Shown here one piece after another: positions 26,427 through 36,080 of a DNA stretch of 64,000 bases. The stretch is from a virus. Taxonomy: Duplodnaviria; Caudoviricetes. Numbering within the stretch: position 1 is the first letter of the stretch; each line of letters opens with the position of its first letter. The position numbers were made by a program, and so were the translations under genes. The notes beneath the pieces are model-generated. The model saw only the letters and a program-made list of their open reading frames with translations, did no database searches and was not told the origin of the DNA. Location: IMG/VR virus record IMGVR_UViG_3300044854_000085, positions 20,757-84,756 of that record. One strand, 5' to 3'.

Positions 26427-29400
26427 ATGACTGCACGCCAAGATTACTTAACCGCACTCAGCGGCGCCGGATATGCGGCGACCGTCGCCGTTCTCTTTGA
26501 GGAAGGCAGCGGCACACCGAATGAATTTGTCTCGAGTACTCCCGTCGGGACCAGTGGCTCGCCCGATTGGGATATCGTCGACGGCGTCACCGCGGGTAAG
26601 GCGGCCAGCGTCAACGACGCGTGGAATCTCGGCGCATCGAACGCATTCCTGAACCATGACAAGGGAACCGTTCTTATCATCCGGAAAAAGCTCGATACGA
26701 CCGCGCGCAACAGTTCCGGATTCGGGGTCGATGTTGGCGAGCACCGTTGTGCGGCCCACATGCCGTGGGGCGATAACCACATCTATTGGGATTTCGATAC
26801 GTGGTCTAGCGGACGTTGCACCTGGAACGGCTACACGCCATCGACCGATTGGGAAGCGTGGGCCTTCCGCGGCGGTCCATCCGGCGCATCGATCTGGCTG
26901 AACGGGGTAAAGAAAGCATCCCACACGACGGCCGTCACCACGACGCTCGTCAGTGACGATTTCTGGATCAACAAGTCCGCCGTCACCGGCGACGTTCAGG
27001 ACGTTTTCTTTTTCGCTTACGTTCCCGACGAAGTTTCCGACGCCGTTCTGGAAGACTTCACCCCCGGAACGGTTCTCGGTCTGCCGGGAGGCGACGCCCG
27101 CGTCACCCATGCGGTGCGCAGCGTCGTTGCGTCCGCCGACTCCGACGCACGCGTCAGCCACATGGTGCGCTCCGTCGTTGCCGGCGCGGATCCCGACGCG
27201 CATGTAACACAGATCGTCCGGCAAGTCATCGGCGGGCCCGTGACCGCGATCGCCGTTGAGGATTCCATCGGCCTGGCGGAAAGCGTCGAAGGCGCGGTCT
27301 ATGACGTCATATCCGGCGATGTGAGCGATGCGCTAGCGCCGTTTGTCGACGCGATTCCGACGGCGGAACACGATCGCTTTTTAGGAGATCGCCCGGTCGT
27401 TCTCGCGCGGCAATTTCTCGATACCGGCACGGAGAACATTTCCGACGTTGGGGTCCGCCATCCGACACGCTTCTATGAACCGCGCGTCGTGGATTGGGGC
27501 GAAGTCGAACGCGCCATTCCTCTTCCTCCGGGATTGCCGATTATCAGCGAAGCCACAATCAAGCTGACCGACAACGACGGCTACTGGAGAAGGATCGCGC
27601 ACATCCGCAGCCTTCGCCGTAAAGGCATCCAGATCAAGACCGGGTTTGAAGGCGGAAGAGAATCTCTCTTTCCGATCGCCTACACGGGCGAGCTCACCAA
27701 AGCCGTGTTTCCGGACGGGGCCGTCACGCTCACGGCGCGCGACCAATGGCAGCGCTGGCTCAACATCTCCATTCCGCCGTGGGGGGACCGCACCAATTTC
27801 CCGAATCAGCCCGACGGGCAGGACTCATTTTTCTTTCCGCTGATCTTCGGCCGAAACATATCGACCGACGAAAACCCAAGAGGACAGGTCAAGCTCTTCC
27901 TCTGCGACACGGAGCGCAATCTGTGGGCCCTGAACCGCACGCCGACGAAAGCCATCGTCCGTCTTTACCGGAAGCTGCCGTCCGGTGACACGGTGAGCAT
28001 TGTTCCTCTGGCGGAGTACGAAAAGGTCGAAGAGGACAAAGAAATCGACGGTTGGACCTTCACGCCGGCGTACGTCCATATGTTCGAAGACCAGCCGGAC
28101 GGAACCGAGCTCTACGCGGACGTCGATGGAATATCCGAACGCGGCGGCTACGGCACGCTGCCATCGTTCACGCACGCAACGGTTGAAAACCTGATCGATC
28201 ACCTGATCAATCTGTTCTTCTATCTCACGGTCATCGATCCCATCGCGGATCCGTTCGGAAGCACGGAAACGACGGCATGGGAAACGGCCTGGCACTACTA
28301 CAACGACAACAACCTGTTGTTCGCCGGCTGCGTCGTCGAACCGATGACGTTCGGTGCGCTCTTTGCGCGCATGTGCGAATCCGGCAATCTGTTCCTTTAT
28401 CCGAACTGGAGAGGGCGCATTGCGGCATCCGTGCAGCCGGTCACCAATCCCGATCGGCCCGTTTACACAGACGCCTTCGAACTCTTGAGCAAAGCCGCCG
28501 GCAGCGAAGCGGAAATCGTTTCCAGTCTCCCCGAAAAAACGCAGAACCAGTTCTTGTACCTGTTCTCGAGAAACTACGTCACCAATCAGTGGGGCGCCGG
28601 CGACATCTACAACAACGAAGCGGACCAGGCCGAGCTCGGCGTCATTGAGCCGGATAACGATATCGAGCTGCATTGGGTGCGCGACGCCGCCACGGCCGCA
28701 TGGGTCATTGCCCGCCGGGCGGAGCTGTTCAGCCTGCGGGCCTATCAGGTCGAACTGAGCGTTGAAGCGCCCAAAAACATTTACAAGCTCGAGCTCGCGC
28801 AGACGATCGGCATCACCCATTACGCTGGCATCGGCGGACCGTGGACGAATCGCGAATTCATGATCTATGCCATCCGCTACGCGATGGCCGCGCAGAAATT
28901 GATCTTGCGCCTGGTCGCTCTGCCGGTCGGCATTACCGGGCCCATTCCTTATGAGCTGGTGGAAATCGGATTGGGCACGACCTTCCCCGGTCTTAACGGC
29001 CCGTACGGCAAAGCGTCGTTTTATTGGCGCGCATCGGATTATCCGGAAGGCACAACGTTTCAATGGGAAGCGACCGTCGAGCCGGTCGGCAGCGCTCCGC
29101 TTGCGTACGTGACCGACGAGAGCGGCGCGTTCGTGTACGCGGACTTGACGCTCCCGGATGGCGATGCCACTCCTGCCGGCGAGACTGTCTATTTCGACTG
29201 GAATCCGGTGGGAACGCCCGACGGGCTGTTGAAGGTGACCGTCTACAACCTGATTCTCTACCGGCTCCGCCTGGTCGCCTATCACAACAGTGCGCAGTAC
29301 GTCTGGATCGACATCAATATGTCGAACGGAGGCGGGTTTAACGCGACCGATCAGAACATCGCTAGCGGCGAGGAATTCCGGACGACGTCGGATCATCCGC

Positions 29401-30044
29401 AATTGTGCGGCGTGCCGTTCAAGTACGAGGCATCGAAGTATCAAGACGCGACGGTTTTCCGCTGGAGGATATGGCTCGCGCAAATTTTTGGCAGTTGCTT
29501 TAGCGCGTTGTTCGACATCACGGACGGAACGACGATCACGTTCGACAACGTCATTCCGGAAACGTTCTTGATGACCGGTTCGGAAGCCTTCCTCAACCCA
29601 ACGTACTATGAATTGCCTCTGCCGATCGGATTGCTCAAGGACGGCCACATCTATCAGCCGGCGATCTGGCGCCATCCGCTGGTGAGCATACAAAACGTCT
29701 TCTTCCACAAGGCGCGGATCTCGATCAAATCCACTCCCGTCAAGGACGTCGAAGTCCGTTGGCGCGTCGACAACGAGCGAATGGTGAATCGCGCGTCGGC
29801 TTACAGCCGCGTCGTGATGGCGCAATTGGAAGTCACGGGCAATGACGGCAGCGGCGTGTTGACCGATTGCGGCGAGGGCGACACGGCCATCACCGGAACG
29901 GAAGTCGTCGAAGTCGCCGCGGACGCAGTTGAAGGCTTCGCACGTTCGGAGAATCTTCTGGCGGACTTGGTTCCTCTCGATCGATACGTCGCCGGCGGCG
30001 TCGGGCCCCAAGATCAGAACTTGATTTACCGGGTAACGCCATGA
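26427..30044 (+). CDS. Large tail tip / hub / central fibre protein
   Basis: 1205 aa; N-terminal LamG-like segment, 17-aa repeats, FFFPLIFGR hub-like region. Confidence 0.7.
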   Translation: MTARQDYLTALSGAGYAATVAVLFEEGSGTPNEFVSSTPVGTSGSPDWDIVDGVTAGKAASVNDAWNLGASNAFLNHDKGTVLIIRKKLDTTARNSSGFGVDVGEHRCAAHMPWGDNHIYWDFDTWSSGRCTWNGYTPSTDWEAWAFRGGPSGASIWLNGVKKASHTTAVTTTLVSDDFWINKSAVTGDVQDVFFFAYVPDEVSDAVLEDFTPGTVLGLPGGDARVTHAVRSVVASADSDARVSHMVRSVVAGADPDAHVTQIVRQVIGGPVTAIAVEDSIGLAESVEGAVYDVISGDVSDALAPFVDAIPTAEHDRFLGDRPVVLARQFLDTGTENISDVGVRHPTRFYEPRVVDWGEVERAIPLPPGLPIISEATIKLTDNDGYWRRIAHIRSLRRKGIQIKTGFEGGRESLFPIAYTGELTKAVFPDGAVTLTARDQWQRWLNISIPPWGDRTNFPNQPDGQDSFFFPLIFGRNISTDENPRGQVKLFLCDTERNLWALNRTPTKAIVRLYRKLPSGDTVSIVPLAEYEKVEEDKEIDGWTFTPAYVHMFEDQPDGTELYADVDGISERGGYGTLPSFTHATVENLIDHLINLFFYLTVIDPIADPFGSTETTAWETAWHYYNDNNLLFAGCVVEPMTFGALFARMCESGNLFLYPNWRGRIAASVQPVTNPDRPVYTDAFELLSKAAGSEAEIVSSLPEKTQNQFLYLFSRNYVTNQWGAGDIYNNEADQAELGVIEPDNDIELHWVRDAATAAWVIARRAELFSLRAYQVELSVEAPKNIYKLELAQTIGITHYAGIGGPWTNREFMIYAIRYAMAAQKLILRLVALPVGITGPIPYELVEIGLGTTFPGLNGPYGKASFYWRASDYPEGTTFQWEATVEPVGSAPLAYVTDESGAFVYADLTLPDGDATPAGETVYFDWNPVGTPDGLLKVTVYNLILYRLRLVAYHNSAQYVWIDINMSNGGGFNATDQNIASGEEFRTTSDHPQLCGVPFKYEASKYQDATVFRWRIWLAQIFGSCFSALFDITDGTTITFDNVIPETFLMTGSEAFLNPTYYELPLPIGLLKDGHIYQPAIWRHPLVSIQNVFFHKARISIKSTPVKDVEVRWRVDNERMVNRASAYSRVVMAQLEVTGNDGSGVLTDCGEGDTAITGTEVVEVAADAVEGFARSENLLADLVPLDRYVAGGVGPQDQNLIYRVTP
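27093..27233 (+). repeat. Three degenerate 51-bp (17-aa) tandem coding repeats
   Basis: DARVTHAVRSVVASADS / DARVSHMVRSVVAGADP / DAHVTQIVRQVIG. Confidence 0.75.
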
Positions 30045-30208
30045 CGAAAGATCAACAACGTGACGCCCTATTGAGCCTCTCCGACGAGCTGCGGGGGCGG
30101 CTGCTGACATGGCCGGCAAACACATCGTTGCTGTTCAACGATGAGGAAACTGCCGAACTCGAGTCCGCGTTCGGGCCGAATTGGCGCGCACTACTAAGCG
30201 GCACTTAG
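30041..30208 (+). CDS. Small hypothetical protein
   Basis: MTKDQQRDALLSLSDELRG...; ATGA overlap; my translation. Confidence 0.5.
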   Translation: MTKDQQRDALLSLSDELRGRLLTWPANTSLLFNDEETAELESAFGPNWRALLSGT

Positions 30209-30209
30209 T

Positions 30210-30299
30210 ATCGGAGAAGCATAGGAGAAGCTCTGGCGTCTTTAAAGACGCCAGTCGTCGGAGAAGCGTAGGAGAAGTAAGTGTCGCGTTGACGCGACA
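30210..30299. promoter_or_regulatory. Structured intergenic element: two motif half-sites, a 22-bp palindrome, two more half-sites, a hairpin
   Basis: ATCGGAGAAG, ATAGGAGAAG, CTGGCGTCTTTAAAGACGCCAG (30233-30254), GTCGGAGAAG, GTAGGAGAAG, TGTCGCGT-TG-ACGCGACA. Confidence 0.7.
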
Positions 30300-30343
30300 T
30301 TTCAAAAAGGGTGTACACACCCGGATTTCGTTTGGAGAAAACT

Positions 30344-31066
30344 GTGAAGCACGGATGCGAACGAATTGGCCTTGAAGGCCTGGACATCATCGGCACGCTT
30401 TTGGAGCGTGATCCAGAAACGGGTCTCTACACCCGAATTGTCGCGGAAGCGAAAACCAAAAACTTGATCGTCGACAGCGCGCAGCCGGTCTTGCTGCAAC
30501 GGCTGTTCGGCGTGTCCGGATCCGCGCGGACGATTTCGAAGATCGGCGTCGGCTCCGGAACCACGGCGCCGGCAACCAGCGATGTGGCGCTGACCACCGA
30601 GCTCCTGAAGAAAATCATCCAGAGCGTCGACCAGACCGGTGAGGCGTCGCTGCCTCCATCGCGCATCTGCTACACGCAATTCGATCCGACCGAAGCCAAC
30701 GGCAGCGGTACGTCCTACATCCGCGAAGTCGGTTTCTTCTTCGACAACAACGCGATGGTCACGCACGCATTGTTCGGACAGAAAGCGATCACGAACGCGA
30801 CGCAGGCCGATCCGGTTGTCATCACCAGCAACGGCCACGGCTTGTCGAACGGCGATTCCGTGTACATCCAATCGGTCGGCGGCATGACGGAGCTCAACAA
30901 CAATCACTACGTTGTGGCCAACAAGACCACGAACACGTTTGAACTCGCCGGCGTCGACGGAACCGGCTTCACCGCATACACCACTGGCGGCAAGTGGACG
31001 AAGGAATTTATGAAGAACTCTTCTCGAGTGTTCCGCGTGAGCTACACGTTCGGATTCTCGTCCTGA
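30344..31066 (+). CDS. Tail fibre-associated structural protein
   Basis: GTG after GGAG; KNLIVD, KIGVGSGTTAP..D.ALTTE, IREVGFF, ITNATQADPVVIT..HGL.NGD. Confidence 0.75.
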   Translation: MKHGCERIGLEGLDIIGTLLERDPETGLYTRIVAEAKTKNLIVDSAQPVLLQRLFGVSGSARTISKIGVGSGTTAPATSDVALTTELLKKIIQSVDQTGEASLPPSRICYTQFDPTEANGSGTSYIREVGFFFDNNAMVTHALFGQKAITNATQADPVVITSNGHGLSNGDSVYIQSVGGMTELNNNHYVVANKTTNTFELAGVDGTGFTAYTTGGKWTKEFMKNSSRVFRVSYTFGFSS

Positions 31067-31119
31067 GTTTTGGCGTCCGCACACTTCACACACACGAATA
31101 AAAGGATCGGATAAAAGAA

Positions 31120-31530
31120 ATGGATTTAAGCAACGTATTCCGGCTTCCCGCGAAACCGCTCGCAGCAGGAGATTTCGTGATCGGCGCGAAACACAGCGGG
31201 CCTCCCTCGTTCTATCGCGCCATCCCCAACCCGCGCACCGTGATTACCATAGCGAGCGGCGCGATTCCCACCGCCGGCGCCGTTCTTTTGGCCCGCAGCG
31301 ACGACGCCTCGAACCTCACGCTCGCCCAACCGGGAGCGGCCGACGACACGCTGCGCATCGTCGATGTGTCGGGCAAGGCGCACACCATCAGCACCGGATC
31401 CAATGGCATCAACGGCAGCATGAACCTGATCACGTTTAGCGGCAACAAAGGCGCGTCGATCACGCTGCTCGCCTACGCCGGCGTCTGGTACGCCGTGGAA
31501 TTCAATGATGTGGAGATCACCAATGACTAA
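31120..31530 (+). CDS. Putative minor structural protein
   Basis: 136 aa, beta-rich (LTLAQP..LRIVD..HTI..ITLLAYAGVWY). Confidence 0.6.
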   Translation: MDLSNVFRLPAKPLAAGDFVIGAKHSGPPSFYRAIPNPRTVITIASGAIPTAGAVLLARSDDASNLTLAQPGAADDTLRIVDVSGKAHTISTGSNGINGSMNLITFSGNKGASITLLAYAGVWYAVEFNDVEITND

Positions 31531-31756
31531 AAGCGTCCTCTTCATCGCACTCGTATTGATCCTCGGCTTGATCGCTCTCGCCGCGGCCGCGCAGAGCCCC
31601 ACACAGTTCGGGGCGGACGATCTCAAACGCATGCTCGGTGAGCGGGACATCGTCATCGAACAACAGGGCCGCATCATCCAAACACTCGAAAAAGAAAACG
31701 CCGCATTGAAGCAGGAAAACACCGATCTCAAAAAGGCGATAGAGAAAGGACAATGA
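31523..31756 (+). CDS. Signal-peptide plus coiled-coil small protein
   Basis: Hydrophobic leader ending AAAAQ, then a heptad coil. Confidence 0.6.
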   Translation: MTKSVLFIALVLILGLIALAAAAQSPTQFGADDLKRMLGERDIVIEQQGRIIQTLEKENAALKQENTDLKKAIEKGQ

Positions 31757-33357
31757 CCATGAGAAAACTATTTTCACTTATCGGCGCAGTTCTACTCCTC
31801 GCCACGGCGAGCGACGCGCAGACGGTCGCGAACCGGCCGACATACTCCGGCGAGGGAGCACCCGCCGACCTTCGTCCCACATGCAATTCTGGAGATCGCT
31901 TCATCGATACCTCGGCGAAACTCGCATACACCTGCACGGACCCGACGAACGAAACCGCGGCGAATCGCTGGTCGCAAGATGGAGGTTCGAGCGGCGGGGC
32001 GGGGTCGTTCTCGGACCAATACACGGTCACGGGTTCTGAACTGGTGGTTGACGGCAATCTGGCCACAGATCCGACCATGAGTGGGTGGACGCTGGGGGGC
32101 GACACGTCCTGGTCGCCCGGGTCTGTCACGTCCGTCTACGCCGGTGGCGACCCGACAGTTACGACCAACGCGTTCTCAGTCACTATGGGGCACTTCTATC
32201 TGGTGTCGTTCACGTTGAGCGGGGTTGTGGGGGCTGGTCCTAATTTCTACAGCAACGGTGGCAGGCTTACCAGCTACAGTCCTGCAATCCCGAACGGCGA
32301 CTTCTCCGTCGTCGTGTACGGCAAGTCTACGGGGTCGGATTCGCTCGTCATCGACGACCACGACTATTCGATGGACGACGCCTGGACGGTGTCCAACGTG
32401 TCGGTCAAGGAAGTGGACCTGTCCCCCGCCTTCACCGACGGCAGGATCAACATCATAAATTCCGTCAGCAGGCACCAAGGCATATTCTCCGACTTCAAAC
32501 TCGAGGTGCGGACTCCACTTTTGCGCGTGGGGCAGAGCGACGCCGCGCCCGAACTGCTTTTTAATGCGGACGGCCTGTCGGTATTCGGCGGCGCGAACCC
32601 CGACGCGGCGTCCGTATTGAGCGTATTCGACAGTACTACGTTTCCGGGCGACGCCACGAACTACTACAGCGCCTTCGTCTACCAGTTGATGAACGCGAAC
32701 GGCCACGTCATCACGAACCAGTCCGGCATGAGCGTGACGGCGGGGGTCACGGACACGACGGGCGGCGCGTCATTTACTGGGTATTCCGCCGCGTACTCGG
32801 GCATCTTCGGCATCAGCGGCAACGCCACCACCGCGTCGCCGGTGGCGGCTGTCGCGGTGTACTACGCCGACGTGCAGCAGGCTAGTGGCGGCCCCAAGTC
32901 GCACGCTGCCCAAGTTTCTGGATTCTACGCACCCACGTTCGAGACGTTCCCGTGGAACGGAACCCGCGGCACCGACACGGTGATGGTCTTTTGGTCCGGC
33001 GATCAAGCCGGAACGGCAACGAACGTCTACTATTCCTGGTTCGATTCCAGAGGCGTCGGCCGTTGCAAAGAAGATAGCAGCTTCGACTCGGTCGGTCAGT
33101 CCATCTGCGTCGTTTATAACCCGCAGTTCACGAAGTACACGCCAGGGGCGTCGAACTACGAGCGTATCGTCTACGGCCAGTGGGACGGCAACGTCGCGGA
33201 GATGGGTCCAGAAAAAGGCGGCACCGGAACCGAGCGCGATCTAAAACTGCTCGGCGCACATTTGAAGATTAAATCCATAACTGCATGCCCGTCCGGACAA
33301 ACCGCGCCCTTGTCGATCGATGAGAATGGCAACGTGGTAAAGGGTAGCTGCTCCTAA
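31753..33357 (+). CDS. Ser/Thr/Gly-rich fibre- or adhesin-like protein with a signal peptide
   Basis: MRKLFSLIGAVLLLATASDAQ leader; beta-rich body. Confidence 0.65.
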   Translation: MTMRKLFSLIGAVLLLATASDAQTVANRPTYSGEGAPADLRPTCNSGDRFIDTSAKLAYTCTDPTNETAANRWSQDGGSSGGAGSFSDQYTVTGSELVVDGNLATDPTMSGWTLGGDTSWSPGSVTSVYAGGDPTVTTNAFSVTMGHFYLVSFTLSGVVGAGPNFYSNGGRLTSYSPAIPNGDFSVVVYGKSTGSDSLVIDDHDYSMDDAWTVSNVSVKEVDLSPAFTDGRINIINSVSRHQGIFSDFKLEVRTPLLRVGQSDAAPELLFNADGLSVFGGANPDAASVLSVFDSTTFPGDATNYYSAFVYQLMNANGHVITNQSGMSVTAGVTDTTGGASFTGYSAAYSGIFGISGNATTASPVAAVAVYYADVQQASGGPKSHAAQVSGFYAPTFETFPWNGTRGTDTVMVFWSGDQAGTATNVYYSWFDSRGVGRCKEDSSFDSVGQSICVVYNPQFTKYTPGASNYERIVYGQWDGNVAEMGPEKGGTGTERDLKLLGAHLKIKSITACPSGQTAPLSIDENGNVVKGSCS

Positions 33358-33442
33358 ACTTTCGTTTTTAACTTCAAATCTCCGGCCCGTCGAAGAACAT
33401 TGCGTTTCTTTCGACGGGCCGTTTCATTTCCTGCGAACTCAA

Positions 33443-33874
33443 ATGACACGAGACGAACTGATTGCGCTCTCGCGCGATGTGGCAAACACACACAGCCTCG
33501 ACCCGTCGCTGGTTTGCGCCGTGTGCCATCACGAAAGCGACAACTGGAACGTGTGGGCGGTCCGGTACGAGCCCGCATTCTTCACACGGTACGTGGAGCC
33601 GATCGCCGGCATCGGCGACACGGAAAAGATCATGCGCTCGACGAGCTGGGGATTGATGCAGCTCATGGGCCAGGTGGCGCGCGAGCTGGGATTCAAGGGA
33701 TCGTACCTTTCGGAACTATTGGATCCGCCGACCAACCTCGAATGGGGTTGCCAGAAATTAAAACGCTGCGTGGATCGCGCGAACGATACACGCACCGCGT
33801 TGCTCCTGTGGAACGGCGGTGCCAACAAGAATTATCCGGACCTGGTGCTGCGGCATCTGACGGAGTACTCGTGA
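33443..33874 (+). CDS. Endolysin, soluble lytic transglycosylase family
   Basis: AVCHHES (catalytic Glu), SWGLMQL, DPPTNLEWG, ALLLWNGG. Confidence 0.9.
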   Translation: MTRDELIALSRDVANTHSLDPSLVCAVCHHESDNWNVWAVRYEPAFFTRYVEPIAGIGDTEKIMRSTSWGLMQLMGQVARELGFKGSYLSELLDPPTNLEWGCQKLKRCVDRANDTRTALLLWNGGANKNYPDLVLRHLTEYS

Positions 33875-34563
33875 AGCTCGCCGGCATTCTCCTCCGCTTG
33901 ACGGCCGCGATCGCTCTCCTCGCCATTGGCTTCGCGGCCGTCTACCTGGCGATCCAGATCCCGGATGAAATCGCCCGCACGCGATCGCGATTCTCCATCG
34001 AGATGCGATTCACGCGGAAAGCACTTCAAACGGAGATTGCCAACACACGGGCGGCCGCGCAGGAAGAGATCCGCGCGACGCGTCAGGATCTGTTGTCAGA
34101 ACTGACAACAACCCGCAAGCAGGTCCTCGCTATCACCGATGACCGATTGAAGTCTGTTACCGCGTTGTTAGATGAAACGCGCCGTGATCTGAACGCGCAA
34201 TTAACGCGGACGAATGAAACGATCGCGCGTTTTTCTGAAACGACATCGGCCCAAAGCGAAACGCTGGTGGCGAACACGACCGAGCTGAAGGACCGCGCGC
34301 TCTTACGCGAGCCGATGCTTTATTCCCGCGTTCTTGGAACTACCGGAGAGTTCAACAAATTTCTCGACGCTGGACGCCGCGCGGCTGAAGAAGGCGCAAA
34401 GGCCGCTCCCGTCCTCGCGAGCTCGATCGAGAAAACCTCCGCCCACGTGGAAGCCATCACTGCCGACGTGGAGATCGTCACACACGAATACACCAAGCCG
34501 AAAGCCTGGTGGAGAGCGCTTCTCCCGGCAGCCGGAGGCGCTGCACTGAAATTGATCTTTTGA
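33871..34563 (+). CDS. Membrane-anchored coiled-coil protein (spanin-like, putative)
   Basis: GTGA overlap with the endolysin; N-terminal TM, long coil, amphipathic C-terminus. Confidence 0.55.
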   Translation: MKLAGILLRLTAAIALLAIGFAAVYLAIQIPDEIARTRSRFSIEMRFTRKALQTEIANTRAAAQEEIRATRQDLLSELTTTRKQVLAITDDRLKSVTALLDETRRDLNAQLTRTNETIARFSETTSAQSETLVANTTELKDRALLREPMLYSRVLGTTGEFNKFLDAGRRAAEEGAKAAPVLASSIEKTSAHVEAITADVEIVTHEYTKPKAWWRALLPAAGGAALKLIF

Positions 34564-34576
34564 AAGGATTCACAAA

Positions 34577-34822
34577 ATGGAAACAACACTGATGTTATTG
34601 AAGCTGATTCCCGCCATCATCGCCGCGATCCGCGCGATCGAAGATGCCCTGCCTGTTGCCGGCGCAGGAGCCGACAAGCTGAATGCCATCCTCGACACCG
34701 TCAAAGCCGCAGACGAAAAAGTGGACCCGGGCAAGCTCGCCAAAGTGGTCTCTGTGTTCGTCGCATTATTCAAGAAATTCGGTGTGTTCGGCGGCGCTCC
34801 CGCAACCTCGCCGACTGTCTAA
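34577..34822 (+). CDS. Holin-like small protein
   Basis: Hydrophobic N-terminus; lysis context. Confidence 0.45.
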   Translation: METTLMLLKLIPAIIAAIRAIEDALPVAGAGADKLNAILDTVKAADEKVDPGKLAKVVSVFVALFKKFGVFGGAPATSPTV

Positions 34823-34825
34823 CCA

Positions 34826-35026
34826 ATGAACGGCTTCATCGACATCCTCAAGGACTGGCATCTGTGGGTGATCGTCGGAGGCTATTGGGTCGTGATGGCC
34901 GCCATTGGTGGCATGCCCGAACCGAACTCCGCGTCCAGCCTGCGCTATCGTTGGGCTTATCGAAGCTCGCATATTTTCGCGGCGAATGTGAAAACGGCAT
35001 TCGCGGCAATCACCGACAAGAAGTAA
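34826..35026 (+). CDS. Small membrane protein (holin candidate)
   Basis: WHLWVIVGGYWVVMAAIGGMP. Confidence 0.5.
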   Translation: MNGFIDILKDWHLWVIVGGYWVVMAAIGGMPEPNSASSLRYRWAYRSSHIFAANVKTAFAAITDKK

Positions 35027-35058
35027 ATCGCTCGGCCCAAGGAGAGGGGTTTAAGTCA

Positions 35059-35493
35059 ATGAACGATCTCACACGTGCATTCGTCCGGACAAACTCCGCT
35101 TTGCTGGACAAGGAAATCATCGATCTCGTTGTCGGCGACGACAGGGATTTCGAAGCCGATGTTTCCGGGATTCCCGAAGACGCGGAGCTCCAGACAGCCT
35201 GGCTCACGATCAAATTGAACGAAGAGGATGACGACTCGGCCGCCGTCGTTCAAAAGAGCATTACGGCCGAAGCAGAAGACGGCGTCGGGCAGATCACCGA
35301 GACCGGTTCGAGCGCATCGACCGGACACCTGGTGTTTCAGCTCACGCACGAAGACACGGCCGAGCTGGAAGCCGGCGTCGGCTATTACTATGACATTCGC
35401 GTTCGCACCGACACCGGCAAGACCTTTACGGTCGAACACGGCCGCCTGATCCCGCGGAGCGCGATCACGCGCGACGTTGAGCCGGCTTCCTGA
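35059..35493 (+). CDS. BppU N-terminal-like Ig-fold structural protein
   Basis: VVGDDRDF, AWLTIK, FQLTHEDT..L..YYYDIRV..G...TVEHG. Confidence 0.65.
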   Translation: MNDLTRAFVRTNSALLDKEIIDLVVGDDRDFEADVSGIPEDAELQTAWLTIKLNEEDDDSAAVVQKSITAEAEDGVGQITETGSSASTGHLVFQLTHEDTAELEAGVGYYYDIRVRTDTGKTFTVEHGRLIPRSAITRDVEPAS

Positions 35494-35541
35494 TTTCCCG
35501 CAGTTTCCCACTTTTTGAAAAACCAAGGACGGTACCTCCCC

Positions 35542-35811
35542 ATGCACTTCGATGGCACTATCACCCTCGGCAACATTGGCACGATCGTTTCGATCATCGC
35601 GTATGCGGCTTTCCAATACGCGACGATGAAAGCGCGTCAGAGACGATCCGAGGAAAGAATCACACTCATCGAAAACTTCATTACGGCGCACGCGAAGTGT
35701 CATCAATCGCAAGAACAGATCGTGGTGGAATTGCGCGAAGCGGTTTCGTTTATCAAAGGCTGGATGTCCGGCGCCGTTCGACCAGAACCGGCGCGCGTCG
35801 CCGGTCTTTAG
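35542..35811 (+). CDS. Single-TM coiled-coil protein (holin-associated, putative)
   Basis: FDGTITLGNIGTIVSII TM followed by a coil. Confidence 0.55.
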   Translation: MHFDGTITLGNIGTIVSIIAYAAFQYATMKARQRRSEERITLIENFITAHAKCHQSQEQIVVELREAVSFIKGWMSGAVRPEPARVAGL

Positions 35812-35875
35812 CTTAGGGCAAAAAAAATGGGGCATGCCTTGGCACGCCCCGCTGGTGGTGGAAGTTTAACGGCCG

Positions 35876-36050
35876 TTACGCCGTCGGTTGATTGTCCCCC
35901 TTCCAGCGGTCATAGAGACCGAAATTTTTCGCGCACGTGGGACCGTAGCCCACACCCGTGCTGCGCTCGTCGGTCAATGTTCGATTGCAGAACGAGCAAT
36001 GACCGCTCAACAGTCCGTATGCGGCCGCGACTCCCAAGGGGTCCGCGGCG
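35876..36050 (-). pseudogene. DUF6011-like C-terminal remnant
   Basis: DPLGVAAAYG...CSFCNRTLTDERS..VGYGPTCA; no credible start before the RM gene stop. Confidence 0.55.
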
Positions 36051-36080
36051 AATGAGTCTCGGCCGCTGTAATTGATAGAA

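Noticed and set aside
27825-30125. 766-aa minus-strand ORF
   Set aside because: Shadow of the 1205-aa tail gene; Arg/Gly-rich, no motifs, typical of GC-rich antisense frames.
33400-33870. Long N-terminal extension of the 33400-34563 ORF
   Set aside because: Overlaps the endolysin in another frame; the GTG at 33871 with GTGA coupling is the better start.
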